Below the pieces are notes generated by a model. The model saw only the letters and a list, made by a program, of their open reading frames with translations. It was not told the origin of the DNA and ran no database searches. From Tubiluchus corallicola (lineage: Eukaryota > Animalia > Priapulida), in NCBI GenBank assembly GCA_030141605.1, contig JAQGDQ010000163.1, forward strand, positions 372,001 through 436,000: 64,000 nt of DNA, read 5' to 3'. Positions 12,969 through 24,327 of the stretch are shown here, piece by piece (within the stretch, counting starts at the first letter, position 1; each line of letters begins with the position of its first letter). Made by a program: the position numbers and the translations under genes.

Positions 12969-13821
12969 TAATAAACTTAAATCGATAAATAATTAACAAA
13001 ATTCTTGAATGGTACTGTGTGAACTTTGCTTTTCATGCTAAGCACCCACTGGTACTTATTAGCTTATCAATTAAATAGTTAACTATAGGTGGGTGATACA
13101 GCAAGGTTCTGTGTTCAAATGTTGGTTTACTCAAAACTTTTCAAATACTTCTATTTAAATTTTACTACTGACAGAATAATACATGTAAAAAACTGTGAAA
13201 TATTATGTAAAAATTTCTGCAAGTATATTTTTAAAACAAATTTTGCCATTGAAAATGAATGCAATATTATGCCGAAAGTAGCACATCACATAAGTTATTA
13301 TAAATCGCTGGTAACAGTAGAAAGATGTTATTCATACAGTAATTCCTCGTTTAAGGATGCCCCCACTTAGCAATGTTTCGCTTACAAGAAGGACCTGCTG
13401 CTGTACTACGTAACATATTTTGAATTACACTTCTGGGTTGCATGTGTGAATAAGTGTCTAATGCCCCACGAGAAGCTAGTATAGTTTCAGTAAATTGGGG
13501 GTAAAAAGTTTGCACTCCATTCAACTTAGTCTAGCTCATTTCCATTGTTTCTAGCTTCCACTTACCGTGTTAATTTAATCACGACATATTTTTTCCAAAG
13601 GTTTCAGTGACACCTGGCTTGGCGGAACTGACCAACATGGAGGTGACTGGAGATGGATAGCTAATGGTCACACAATCTTTAAAGGCTGGGCAGGAGATAG
13701 CAAGATAAAACATTGTTTAAGAATACGGATATCTAGAAATAATGAATGGAATCTCCACCCTTGTACAGCTGTTCACCATTATGTGTGTGAATCTGATGCT
13801 CAGTCTTTTTCATTACCATAA
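9178..13821 (+). CDS. C-type lectin gene 3, 158 aa; exons 9178-9252, 9910-10090, 13601-13821
   Basis: Exons 1-2 are paralogous to gene 2, with a GC donor at 10091. Exon 3 GFSDTWLGGTDQHGGDWRWIANGHTIFKGWAGDSKIKHCLRIRISRNNEWNLHPCTAVHHYVCESDAQSFSLP*. All CTLD cysteines present; Ca/sugar motifs absent. Confidence 0.82.
10276..10451. repeat. (AAT)n/(GAT)n microsatellite; resumes at 12897-12975 on the other side of the Helitron
   Basis: Direct reading. Confidence 0.95.
10452..12896 (-). mobile_element. Composite non-autonomous Helitron (two ~0.8 kb tandem units plus a satellite-bearing 3' module)
   Basis: Minus-strand 5' end A|TCTATACT at 12896. 3' end CTAG|T at 10452 preceded by hairpin CACAAAA..TTTTGTG. 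Internal head-to-tail junction CTAG/TCTATA at 12086/12085 with hairpin CGCAAAA-GA-TTTTGCG. Units ~11304-12085 and 12086-12896 are highly similar. No TSD; inserted between A and T. Confidence 0.8.
10497..11165. repeat. CACCA-rich low-complexity satellite within the Helitron
   Basis: Degenerate (CACCA)n with higher-order units such as CTCCACCACATCACACC(A/G)CACTGCACCACACCATA. Confidence 0.9.
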
Positions 13822-16800
13822 TTTGTTTTTGGTTCTAATGAATAAAATCTTAAAGACATGGTCTGATGTTGAATATTGTTAAGCATTAAGTGTTACCTTT
13901 ATATATCACCTGTAATGCAAAATATAAAAAGCAGAACCACAACGTTAAGATTAAAGCCATAACTGAATGTTTGCTATGAATCAAGTTTCCAGTAGAACTC
14001 TCACAGGTAGCAGCTGCCATTAAGACCTTAAAACTTACTTTACAGAACAGCTAATTTCCTAAAGCTACACACACACACACGCATGCACACCCACCCACAG
14101 CACAAAAGTAAGAGTAAAACCTACAATTTACACTATGTTCTGAGCACTCCCTTCACCTACCATAATAAAATTTTGAAAATTTACTGGATGAAAATGAAAT
14201 TTTGTTACAGAATAATTCACTTCCGTTATTATTATCAATTTTTGTCACTAGTTTGCGCTGCACTTGTTGACAGTTTAAATGGCTTTTCTTTATGAAATCA
14301 GTTTCACATGTCAAGCATTTCTCTTCCTGTTACAACAACAACAACAACAAGTCTGTGTCAAGGTAACTATCCCATTTTAACATAAACCATTTTCGTTCTG
14401 AAGTTTAGCATGAGGAAAAGGTTCAGCAACTAATACCCTACTGATAATAACATTAACAATGCCATTTAACATTAATTTTAAGACGTGCCAAAAAACATTA
14501 AGGACCAGTATCATAATTGGCAGTGAGTTCAAAGGTTAAGCTACACAAAGCAAGCTACACATCATTTTAAAGACGACGCTCCTTTCCCTATAGATCTAGT
14601 TTGTAAATTACTAAGAGTGGGAAATGAAAACTCACTCTGATATTGTTATAGAATTATTAATTTGAAATAGTTGATGCATTTTATTTCATACAGTAAATTT
14701 ACAGTAAGTCTTGCCATTACAGTCTAGTGTCTTAATCTAAATTTATTCATATATAGTAAATCTAAATCACCAACAACTTCTAAACAAGTATTTTGTATTT
14801 AATTTGAAATTGATGTAAAACATTGAATAAATAAAAAATCAACAAAAATGCTTTGTTTTTAGATCGTCTATGATACATTTGATAAATTTTGCTAATAGTT
14901 TAATAAAATTATCCTCATGTAGCTGATAAATGTCCAGCAGAAACATTGCACGTGGTCAGATTAAATTGAAATTTGATCAGTAAAGCACGAATATTCCACA
15001 TAGTGTCAGATTCTTTTTCTGTTTAATGGTAGTTATAAACAAGATGCTGAAACGGACCCCGGGATGTCATAATCACCATTTGTCCCGCTGAACGTTTTGA
15101 AAATAGGCTCTGTTAATCTTGTAGCTTGACTGCTGTGAAGAATGAACGTAATGATCTTTGTCGAAAATTTTCAAAAATCAAGTGAACCGGGAAAATGCCA
15201 AGCATGGAAAGGTGTAATAGAACCAAGAATGGAACAAGTTATAGTAAAATGAGTGTGGATGCCAGCGACACATAGTTTTAGAAAGTTTTTCTGCTAGACG
15301 TTATTAATATTTTACTAGGGCCAACCACCTTTAAGAAGAAGCCAGACTCAGATCACATTAGAAATATTATGCTACATCACATGATGGCTGCTTTGTTAGC
15401 TTCTAAATATTGCATAATCTTAGTTTTTTCTTTTGCCATTTAAATAGTTGTTGAAAGTGGCATCTGTAAATACTACAACTTTTATTATTGTTCGGGATGC
15501 CATTAAGCCATCAAATTGTCTACAGTACAAAAGTGCACCAGGTTGTGCCTCATATAGTGTATGGAGAATATACGCTATATATATATTCCATAGTCCATAT
15601 ATATTCTATAGTATATATATATATATATATAATCCATATTCTATGGAGAATTTTTACCTGTTTGTTCACAATATAACACCACCAGTGTGTCAAATTCCTA
15701 ACAAAAGTTCAGGAACTTGGTGCATAATAATGTTTATCGACTGACATTACTTGTACTTTCATTGCCAGTTTAAAATAAAACACACATCAAATATATTCGA
15801 CTGACCACATTTAACCTTCAGCTCGTTTATAATCTGACAGTAATGTGCTCCTAGCAAACACTTTATCACTGACATAATTACAATATTTGCAGATGGAGAA
15901 CAGTAAGCCTAGAAAGAGCTATTATATTTCTGTAGTTGCTGACCATATCAACATTCTCACCATCAGTTCCATAGCAACATGTGCAAAGCCCAATTTCAGT
16001 GATAAGCGGAATTTTAATGCTTTAAATATATTCTTTTCTAGTCAGTACTTTATAAACCTCAATAAGATCTCCACGATGTGTCTTAATTCAAGTGTGGTCA
16101 AATTGCAAAAATTCTTAAGTATCCACGTTTTTACTAAATATTTGGAAAGCTGTTAGGCAAATTACTAAGATAAATAAATGAAAATTCAGTATGAGATTAA
16201 ACAGGAGAAATATAAACTTCAATACAAGCTGGGCTACAATAAGTACAAAAAAACATTTCAGCAATGTGGAAGATACCCCAGAAACGAGATACACGTGTGA
16301 CATGTCACATTATCAGTACCATACTTCCTCACCTCAAAATCAGTAATTACTATATTACACCATGATAACAACACTACCAGTTAAAATCTAGATTTATTAG
16401 TAAAAAATCCAACGATTAGCAACTAAAATACACATCTGATTTCCAAACAATAACCTTTAGTGAAAAAATGCAAATTATTATTAAACACACGCAGACACCC
16501 ATGCCCATGCACACACAAACAAACACCCACAGACACACAGACACACACACACGCACACACACAAAGGAACACTGCCACAGAAGCAAAAGTTCACAGGAAA
16601 AACTCAAGAGAAGAAACACAAAAAGCACTAGTCAGAACAACACACAAAAAGATCACAACATGGCACAACAGCAATGATGCATACGTTTTTAGACCCCAAT
16701 GCTATTGTTGCACACTTTGATTTTTGTTTTGTGTTGTTGACATTATAATGTTTCTTTGTGTTAACTCTCTTTCGTTCTTCTTTTTGCATTACAATATTAT

Positions 16801-17254
16801 GCTTTTGAGAATTCGAGAATTCTTCTGTTTTACCTCTTAATAGCACTAACAAATATACGAAGTTAAATTAATGGTAAGCAAAAAAGAAAGCAGGTGATTT
16901 CAATGTAATGGAGTAAAATTCACATGTGAACGTCCCAAATACCTTGTCCAATAATAAGCAAAATGGTCTTTGAACTAAATCGTCAACCCGTTTAAATGTC
17001 AGTTACTTTGTCAGATTGGGATATTCTCACAGAGTATTTACTTCCATATTTTTTAAATGAGCAAAATAATTATGATTGGCCAAGAAAAAGGTCTTGCTTA
17101 GGTAAGATACATATCTTTTTGTTTAGAGCTAACAGAAATAACTGGATTTAGTAATGCTTTCTGAGCTTTGCTCATACAACTGCTCTCTTTAAACAATTTT
17201 GTTTCTTCCTGCTTAATTCAGCTTTCTTAGTAATAACACTTACAAATCTACATA

Positions 17255-18161
17255 CAGTAGGCGCCGCTTAATAGACTCACTTTGAGACCGACGTGTGTTG
17301 ACCCAGTTAACAGAATGAGTCATCAGCTTACTATGCACTGGAACGGTTCTTAATGAATTTTAGAAACGAACTAATCCCTAAATTTGTTTGTGCAGTTTAA
17401 AATTAGAAAAAATAATTTAAAATATTAATTTATATAAGTGAATTAGCAGTAAGTTAAAAAGTATACTTTTCTAAATCACAGATTTTTTTCTAAGTCTGTT
17501 TATTTGCAAAAATTCCTTCAAGGTCGGCTGCTTCATCTTCTTTTCATAGAAGAAGTTCTCGTAACTATAAAAACGTTGAAAATCTGTTGTTGTGCATGAC
17601 TAAAACAGTTCTGAATCATCTGCTCACTTACATTGTTCTTATTTGCTGTATGATATTTACTCTTGTAAGTCACAAGGAAAACTGGTTGATTACTGTACCT
17701 ACATCTTTGACTGTTAACTGATTAAGCCTGAAAGCGTGATTTGCAAAGAGAACATCAAAAGGAAACCGCTAGGCAAGTGATTAAATGTTTAGCTTCCAGA
17801 AATTCTTTGGGTAACAAGTGGGCCAGGGATAACAGATTCAAAGCAAAACCGGTACGCTAGCGTATTAGTTGCATGATAAACTTACCTGCTTATAAACAAA
17901 ACGGTACTTAACATGATTGTTTCCGCATACATAGTGCACAAAAGGGAAGTAAAAGTGACATAAAAGTAGGAAAGGCTCTTTTGGCACGCACAAATATTTT
18001 ATTTTAAGTAGGTGAAGGAAAAATATCGAGTCAATTATGCGGAGTTATTTGAGTCAATTACGGATAGTTTTTATGTATATTTGAATAGAAGAGCTAGGCG
18101 GTTTTAAGTCAGTTAAGCGACTGAGTCTATTAACCGCGAGTCTATTAAGCGGCGCCTACTG
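17255..18161. mobile_element. Tc1/mariner (pogo/Tigger-like) MITE
   Basis: Perfect 24-bp TIRs CAGTAGGCGCCGCTTAATAGACTC / GAGTCTATTAAGCGGCGCCTACTG. TA on the left flank, CA on the right. Confidence 0.8.
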
Positions 18162-18170
18162 CATTGCATA

Positions 18171-18657
18171 ATGAATGTGGTTTTACTGATTGAGTTACTA
18201 TTGCTGTTTGTTACTCTGTGTGATTCAAGCACAGACATTGAAAGAGGGACAGACAACAGTAACAAGTCTACCAAGATAAGTATTTTGCTACAAACCAATA
18301 TTCTTTCTGAAGTATAACAGTAGCAATAGGTTTAAAAATAATTCTCCTATAGCTAATTCTCAAACCAGTCACTATGGCTTTACTTGGTTGCCAGTCTCGA
18401 AACTTTTTGTACAAAATTAACAAGTAACAACCCTTATTTTGTAAACAGATGACTTTGCCCTATCTGCTTATGAGGTGCTTTTAAAGTACAATGGAGAGTA
18501 CTACAATGTACAATATTACTTATTTCACAAAACGCCTGCTCCCACTTCATGGGGAGCTGTGATGAATTGCAAAATGACAGCTAGTGAACTGGTTACCATA
18601 GAAACTGCTACAGAAAATCAGTTCACAGTCAATTATGTGAAAACAAACAGCACTTGA
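18171..18657 (+). pseudogene. C-type lectin gene 4, degenerate (exon 1 and exon 2 remnants)
   Basis: MNVVLLIELLLLFVTLCDSSTDIE is paralogous to the gene 2/3 signal exon; its best donor reads AAG|ATAAGT. The exon 2 remnant SWGAVMNCKMTASELVTIETATENQF has lost the N-terminal cysteines and runs into TGA with no donor. No third exon found. Confidence 0.7.
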
Positions 18658-19056
18658 GTACTTTCTTTACAATTTTTACTGTGTTACATTACAGCTCTAT
18701 AAAATATCAAAGTCCAGCAAAGTTTAATTTGCAAAATTTGTTACAAATGATGGCTGCATTTATAATAGTTTGTGATCATAGAGTGAAAACACTTCCAGAC
18801 CTCTTTTACAAATGCATCCCATCCTACAGCCCCATTTTCCAGCAGAAGCCTCTCTAGATCAGCCTTTTCACACTAAGTTCCGGTTACATTCTAATGTTCA
18901 TAGTACTTTTATCAAGCTTTTATTTTATACAGCAGTGCAGTTTTAGTATAAATAATTTTTGTTAGTAATTAAGAAACTCAACTGTACTCATTAACTCATT
19001 AATGCTATTTCTGAGCAAAGACATTGTCAAAGGAGATTTAAATTTTAAATTGTTAA

Positions 19057-19293
19057 TTAGAGAGTTGAATTGTTGGTCATCATACTAATTAGTCCGTTAA
19101 AATAGTGTTGATCTGGATCCAGATCAGTAATGGGTAAAGAGTCAAATATGTCATTACTTTCAAATAAATTTAAATTAAGTAATTTATTGTCTATTATAGA
19201 TCCAATATTAGAACACCCAGTGATTAATTTGAATTCATCGTCATCAGTGACATTTTTGGCAGAATAGTTTGCAGACAAAAATGACAGAACCAA
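19057..19293 (-). mobile_element. Fragment resembling the N-terminus of a CR1/L2-group ORF2
   Basis: LNLFESNDIFDSLPITDLDPDQHYFN resembles the D-x-D-P-D-x-x-x-F segment that precedes the APE domain in such LINEs (recalled motif). Confidence 0.35.
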
Positions 19294-20375
19294 TTATCAT
19301 TCTTGTCAGTTGAATTGCTGTAGTCAGTCAAAGTTAAATTTGTACATTTAAGATGCATCCAATACTCACAGCAATTGCGAACAATCCAAGTTGGTTATTT
19401 TTAATTGATTTAGTGCACGATAAACACGGAAAGTTAGGCATAATAGTAACTGTACTGTATGACTGCATATACCTGTGCACTGTGCAATAAATGCTGAAAC
19501 TTTGGCATCATGGTGTTAGTATTAAGTTAAGCATTATTGAAACTGCCAAGAACCTATTTAAATAGTTTTGTATAATTATTTAGAACTGGCTTTGTTAGAC
19601 GAAACGGCGCATTTTTTTTTATAAAAGATTCAAGTTTAGGTGTCCAATGGGGAGCATGTAGCTACAGTACTGCAGACTGGGTTTCTTTGCATTAACGATT
19701 TTTTTCTTAGCTACAGTGAATGCAAAGATAAACTGAAGTGATCTTGAATAAAAAAGTGTTTACTGCATTATTTGGTAACATCTAATTTTATCAATTCACC
19801 TCTGCGATTGTTTTAACTGAGTAACTGTTAAACATTTTCTGGGTAAAAAACACTTTTTCTTATTTTAGTGTAATTGCAAGTTTACAATTAATAATTTGCC
19901 AATCTTTACAAAAAATAAAGGAAAGTAAGGGCTAGTTCAACTTGTCAAAGATCAGCTGGTCTACAGCTCACTATGCCCGGAGCTTAATGGCTAGTTTGAG
20001 CCCATTAAGTCGAGAACCGGTTTTTAAACTACCGAATGTTTAAAATATTCGTAATCATCGATATCTTGTTGTTTCAGCGATACTGTGAAACGTCCTCAAC
20101 TAACAGCGTGTCATCAACTCCCTCTTCAGAGAAAGAGAATGTTTACTCGTTGCCTTCTTGTATTGCTTATATTTCAGGGCTTGGAGGGCTGTTGGAGTCC
20201 TAACCCTCCGCTGTCACCCCCAGTTTGTGAATGCCACTGTCAGGTACAAAGTCTAACATGATTATATTCGAATCATTTGTCATTAAGCTTTAATGTGCTT
20301 GTGTTGCATGAACAGATTCAAATGTGGTGCATGTGCACACTGCGTAGAAGTCTACAAAATGTTAATTATCTCTAA

Positions 20376-21318
20376 TGCCTTTACGATACCCCAAAACGAC
20401 TGGCGACCGCGTGGGCGACTGCAGCAAGAAATAGAACATGAATATTTTCAATGTGTGATGATTCGCCAAGTTGCCAATCACTCGAAGATAAAATGGTTTC
20501 TATTTTTTGAGCGACTGGATGCCACCATGTCTCTTCGACGTTCACCCAATGACAAATCAATCCGTGGTCATGTGATAAAAGTCTGTTTTGTTTATAAAAT
20601 GCCATAAACTTGCATAATTATGTAACTGCTGTATTAAGATTGGTATGATACATACCTTAAATTTATATCTTATATCAAAAGCATGAAATAGATCATACAC
20701 GGAATATCGCAGCATTAGAATCAAATTCTCGCCCTGAGAAAGGCAAATGCTTCCCTTACTATTGTCTACTGTGCGAAAAAATAGTTGTAATCTAAATAAA
20801 ATTCATAAAAAGTAATGTTAACAATCTCCATTAACATGTTTACAGTTTTATTGCCTCAACTTAACAGATCAGTAAGAAACAAAGTTAATCATTGTGTAAC
20901 AGCACTATGGTTTCAATTGTGCCAACACACCCCTCTGTTACATTGGTTAGATCCTACTTGTGACCTAAGCAATACTATTTTAATATCAGCCTGGGCTTCC
21001 GTGTTGTAGTTAGCTGCAACGTTACCACAATAAGCTGATGAATCAGTTGCTATGAAACTTCTTTACTGCTTTCAATAAAATAGTTTATTTTGGCTAAACT
21101 GTTCAGTTCCAGTGTTTTCTGTTAGTGACTTTGCAACTGGGTTTCAATTTGGTATTTTGCAGTATTGTCTCGAAATCACTGGGACGAAAATTCTTAGAAA
21201 TTTCTAAAACTGTTAGAATAAAATAAGACATCCTGGCGAGTTAAGCAATAACACTCGATGCATATAGTCAGCATTTTACGAATTACCAGTCGCCAGTCGG
21301 CTTAGTGTATCATAGGCA
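20376..21318. mobile_element. Degenerate TIR element, PIF/Harbinger-like
   Basis: Left end TGCCTTTACGATACCCCAAAACGACTGGCGAC versus reverse complement of right end TGCCTATGATACACTAAGCCGACTGGCGAC. Flanks TAA/CAA. Confidence 0.5.
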
Positions 21319-21741
21319 CAATGAGAGTGATCTTAGAATTATTAAGAGAAGTGTTCTAAGAAAAGAATTTCTCATTAGCAGTTTTCCATTTCGACTAGTA
21401 ATTTTTTCTTAAATAATTTTATGCAATTATTCCTAATGCTACCATACACTTTAATATTTATAATGGCACTTCTAATCAGGGGCATATCTACCAACAGGAT
21501 ATATTAGGCTAGGATAGGGTACCAAATTTTGAAGGGTGCTAAATTTTAGGGGCTCAGTGTTAAAAGATTCTTATTCTCGTAATGTCTTGATGTGTTTCTA
21601 ATTCTAATGCTCCAAAAGTTATTGTACAACACAATTAAATTATCAGTTATTAGGCCTATCATGTATTTGACACAATATGTGCTTCATTGTGTTCATTATT
21701 ATTACAAATATAAAGAAATTAAGCAAGTATACTTCTTACAG

Positions 21742-22922
21742 ATATCAAACGCTGAAGACGCCGTCAAGCAATGTAAAAACGGAGATGTGTTATTCAGTGG
21801 ACATTGTTACAGATTTTATACTAACCCCAAAGTTACCTGGATAGAAGCTGTTATGACTTGCAAAGTGATTGGAGCAGAACTCGTTACCATAGAAACAGCC
21901 GCAGAAAATCAGTTCTTAGTGGATCACATTAAAGTTAATTATGGTAAAATATTAACATCGTGTATATGTCCATGTGCATCTACATATTACACCAATTACA
22001 GACCTAGCAGGCTGCAATTTTTTGTTAATATTCATGTACGTGGCGCCATCTGCGGCAGTAATGTAAAACTTTTAGTTTCAAGCCAGTTTTCAGGCATTTA
22101 CATGTCAGTCATCTATCTGTTCTTTACCTGTGCTGTAAACAGTCAAGTTAATCTACTTAATGTGAGACATTTCTGTTGCAGCAACTAAGATTCGGTTACA
22201 TTCTAATCTTCATGGTACTCTTATCAAGCCTTTATTTTATACAGCAGTTTTAGTATAAATAATGAATACAATAAATAATTTTTGTTAGTAATTAAGAAAC
22301 TCAACTGTACTCATTGCTGCTATTTCTGAGCAAAAACATTGTCACATAATAAAATACTTTCCTACTTATTTGAGTAATGAGCCCGCCAGATTATTGACCA
22401 GCTTTCAATCACCGTATCAACAGCACTGAGACAGATATAAAGCTTACTCGTATAACAAAAATGTTTCTACATTCTTATATTCATTCAGGTATTTTGCTGA
22501 ATATATCCCACAACACAGTTAATTTTCTTAGAACAGCAAAAACACACTTGCTGCATAAACCTGTCTCAACCTGCAACAATCCTTGCAACTAATCAAGCAA
22601 ATGCAATTTAACCTATCCCAGTTCAAACTAATTTATTTACTCAAATGTAACTTATCTCACTACACAGTGACACTGTTCAGATATTTCTTTAACAGGTAAC
22701 AGCAGTCTCTGGATTGGTGGAACAGATCAACACAGTGAAGGCAACTGGAGATGGATTGCCAATGGCCAACCCATCATATTCAAGGACTGGTCTGATAATC
22801 AACCTGACAATGCTAATGGAATTGAACATTGTACACATATCTATGACAAACAGAATTACCACTGGAATGACGTTTCTTGTAACTACACATATTCATTCAT
22901 CTGTGAATCCAATGCTAACTAG
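21742..22922 (+). CDS. C-type lectin gene 5, QPD/WND galactose-type CTLD; exons 21742-21943 and 22696-22922 (exon 1 uncertain)
   Basis: ISNAEDAVKQCKNGDVLFSGHCYRF..VTWIEAVMTCKVIGAELVTIETAAENQFL|G|NSSLWIGGTD..WSDNQPDNANGIEHC..WNDVSCNYTYSFICESNAN*. Canonical GT-AG phase-1 intron. Confidence 0.85.
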
Positions 22923-24327
22923 TTCAAAGGAGAAATGCTAACTGGAGAAACACTGGAGTTAAACTCCAAATTTAGTGCCAATTGTATTAGTGTGCAAACA
23001 TGTAGTGTCCTGTATCTTTCATAAACTTTGCATGTTTTAATGTTTTATTTGCTGTTTAATGATTGTCATGTTACTAGCAACTTACCTAGATCAACACATA
23101 GAAAACAGTTAATCTAATGCAGTACTGCATATCAAATTCAGGGTGACTCTTAAAAAAAATCAATTTATCCCATCATGTCGAAAAACAAAAGTGGGGCTCA
23201 GGATGCCAAAAACTTGCACAGTTTCTGGCTTCACCCACGAAACAAATGAGCAAAACATTAAAAGAATAGGGCACCACCAGTTTTTTTACCCCAGGCATAA
23301 CAAGCACTTTTTATACTACTTCTACGTGTTCTGGTATTTTGAAATGCCATTCACTTAGCATGGAATGTGTTTGTGGGTATGTTGTTCATTATACCTTGCT
23401 AAAAGCTTAGATTCATTTGACCTTAAATTTCTCTACACATACTCTTGAGCAACTGCTTTAAGTCAAGCGTACATTTGTAATGTCCACTTAGAAGCTTTTG
23501 AATTTTGAAGTAGTATCATTCAGATAAAGTTTTCCTGTCAATCGAGTTTAACAAACTGCTATCAATATTTATAAAAAATTACAAAGCTATAGCCCTCAAT
23601 AAACTATGAAGAAACTTAGAAAAATTCATTACGATAATGGTACTTGTTCAATTAAAGAAAACTGGGATAATTCTAGTCCTCAAGTTTTCTCATTAACTAT
23701 AGTGGAATAGACAAGGTGTGACATGTATGATAAAAACTAAAAAAAATATTATCTTTGAATGAAGAATGTATTACTCTCTTTAATGGATTAGAATATTTCC
23801 ACTTACAACTAAATTTCTTGCTAATCTTTTAAGAATTCTTTAACAGTGACCGAAGTAACAAAAGCCATTGAACAAATATAACGGCAGCCTTTTAGAAGCC
23901 AAATGGCACAAAACACTCAACAATGACAGCAATGTTGTGAACTGGCTGGAATTAACTATTCTTCTTTAGTATGTCTCACACAACTGATTTCATTTAAAAA
24001 GTAATTAACCAACAGAAGCAATTTGTGCTTACCTAGCTAGAAGATTCACTGTAAAAACTGTAGTCTAACAATATTTCACATAGGATGAATGTCTTCGATA
24101 TGCCACAGATCAAAAAGGGAAGAAAAACATCAACACTGAAACCCGAAAGCACCGCACACCTTTAACTGTTACCTTTTGCTCTGCGCCAAGTTGTCAATAT
24201 CAGCTGGTCAAACGAAGAAGAATCTAGAAGCACGATTGTATGACATTCTTTTGACCAAACACTGACAGTGAGAGAATTACAAGAACTATAAAATTCTTAT
24301 AAGCATTTGGAGATAAATGCTACTTAC

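Noticed and set aside
21030-21075. Hammerhead ribozyme-like CTGATGA...GAAAC
   Set aside because: Stem II is imperfect, and I could not form stems I and III with a cleavage triplet.
24170-24290. Next DCAF1 exon immediately after exon 6
   Set aside because: It would need a ~40-nt intron, hits a stop in the required phase and shows no DCAF1 similarity.
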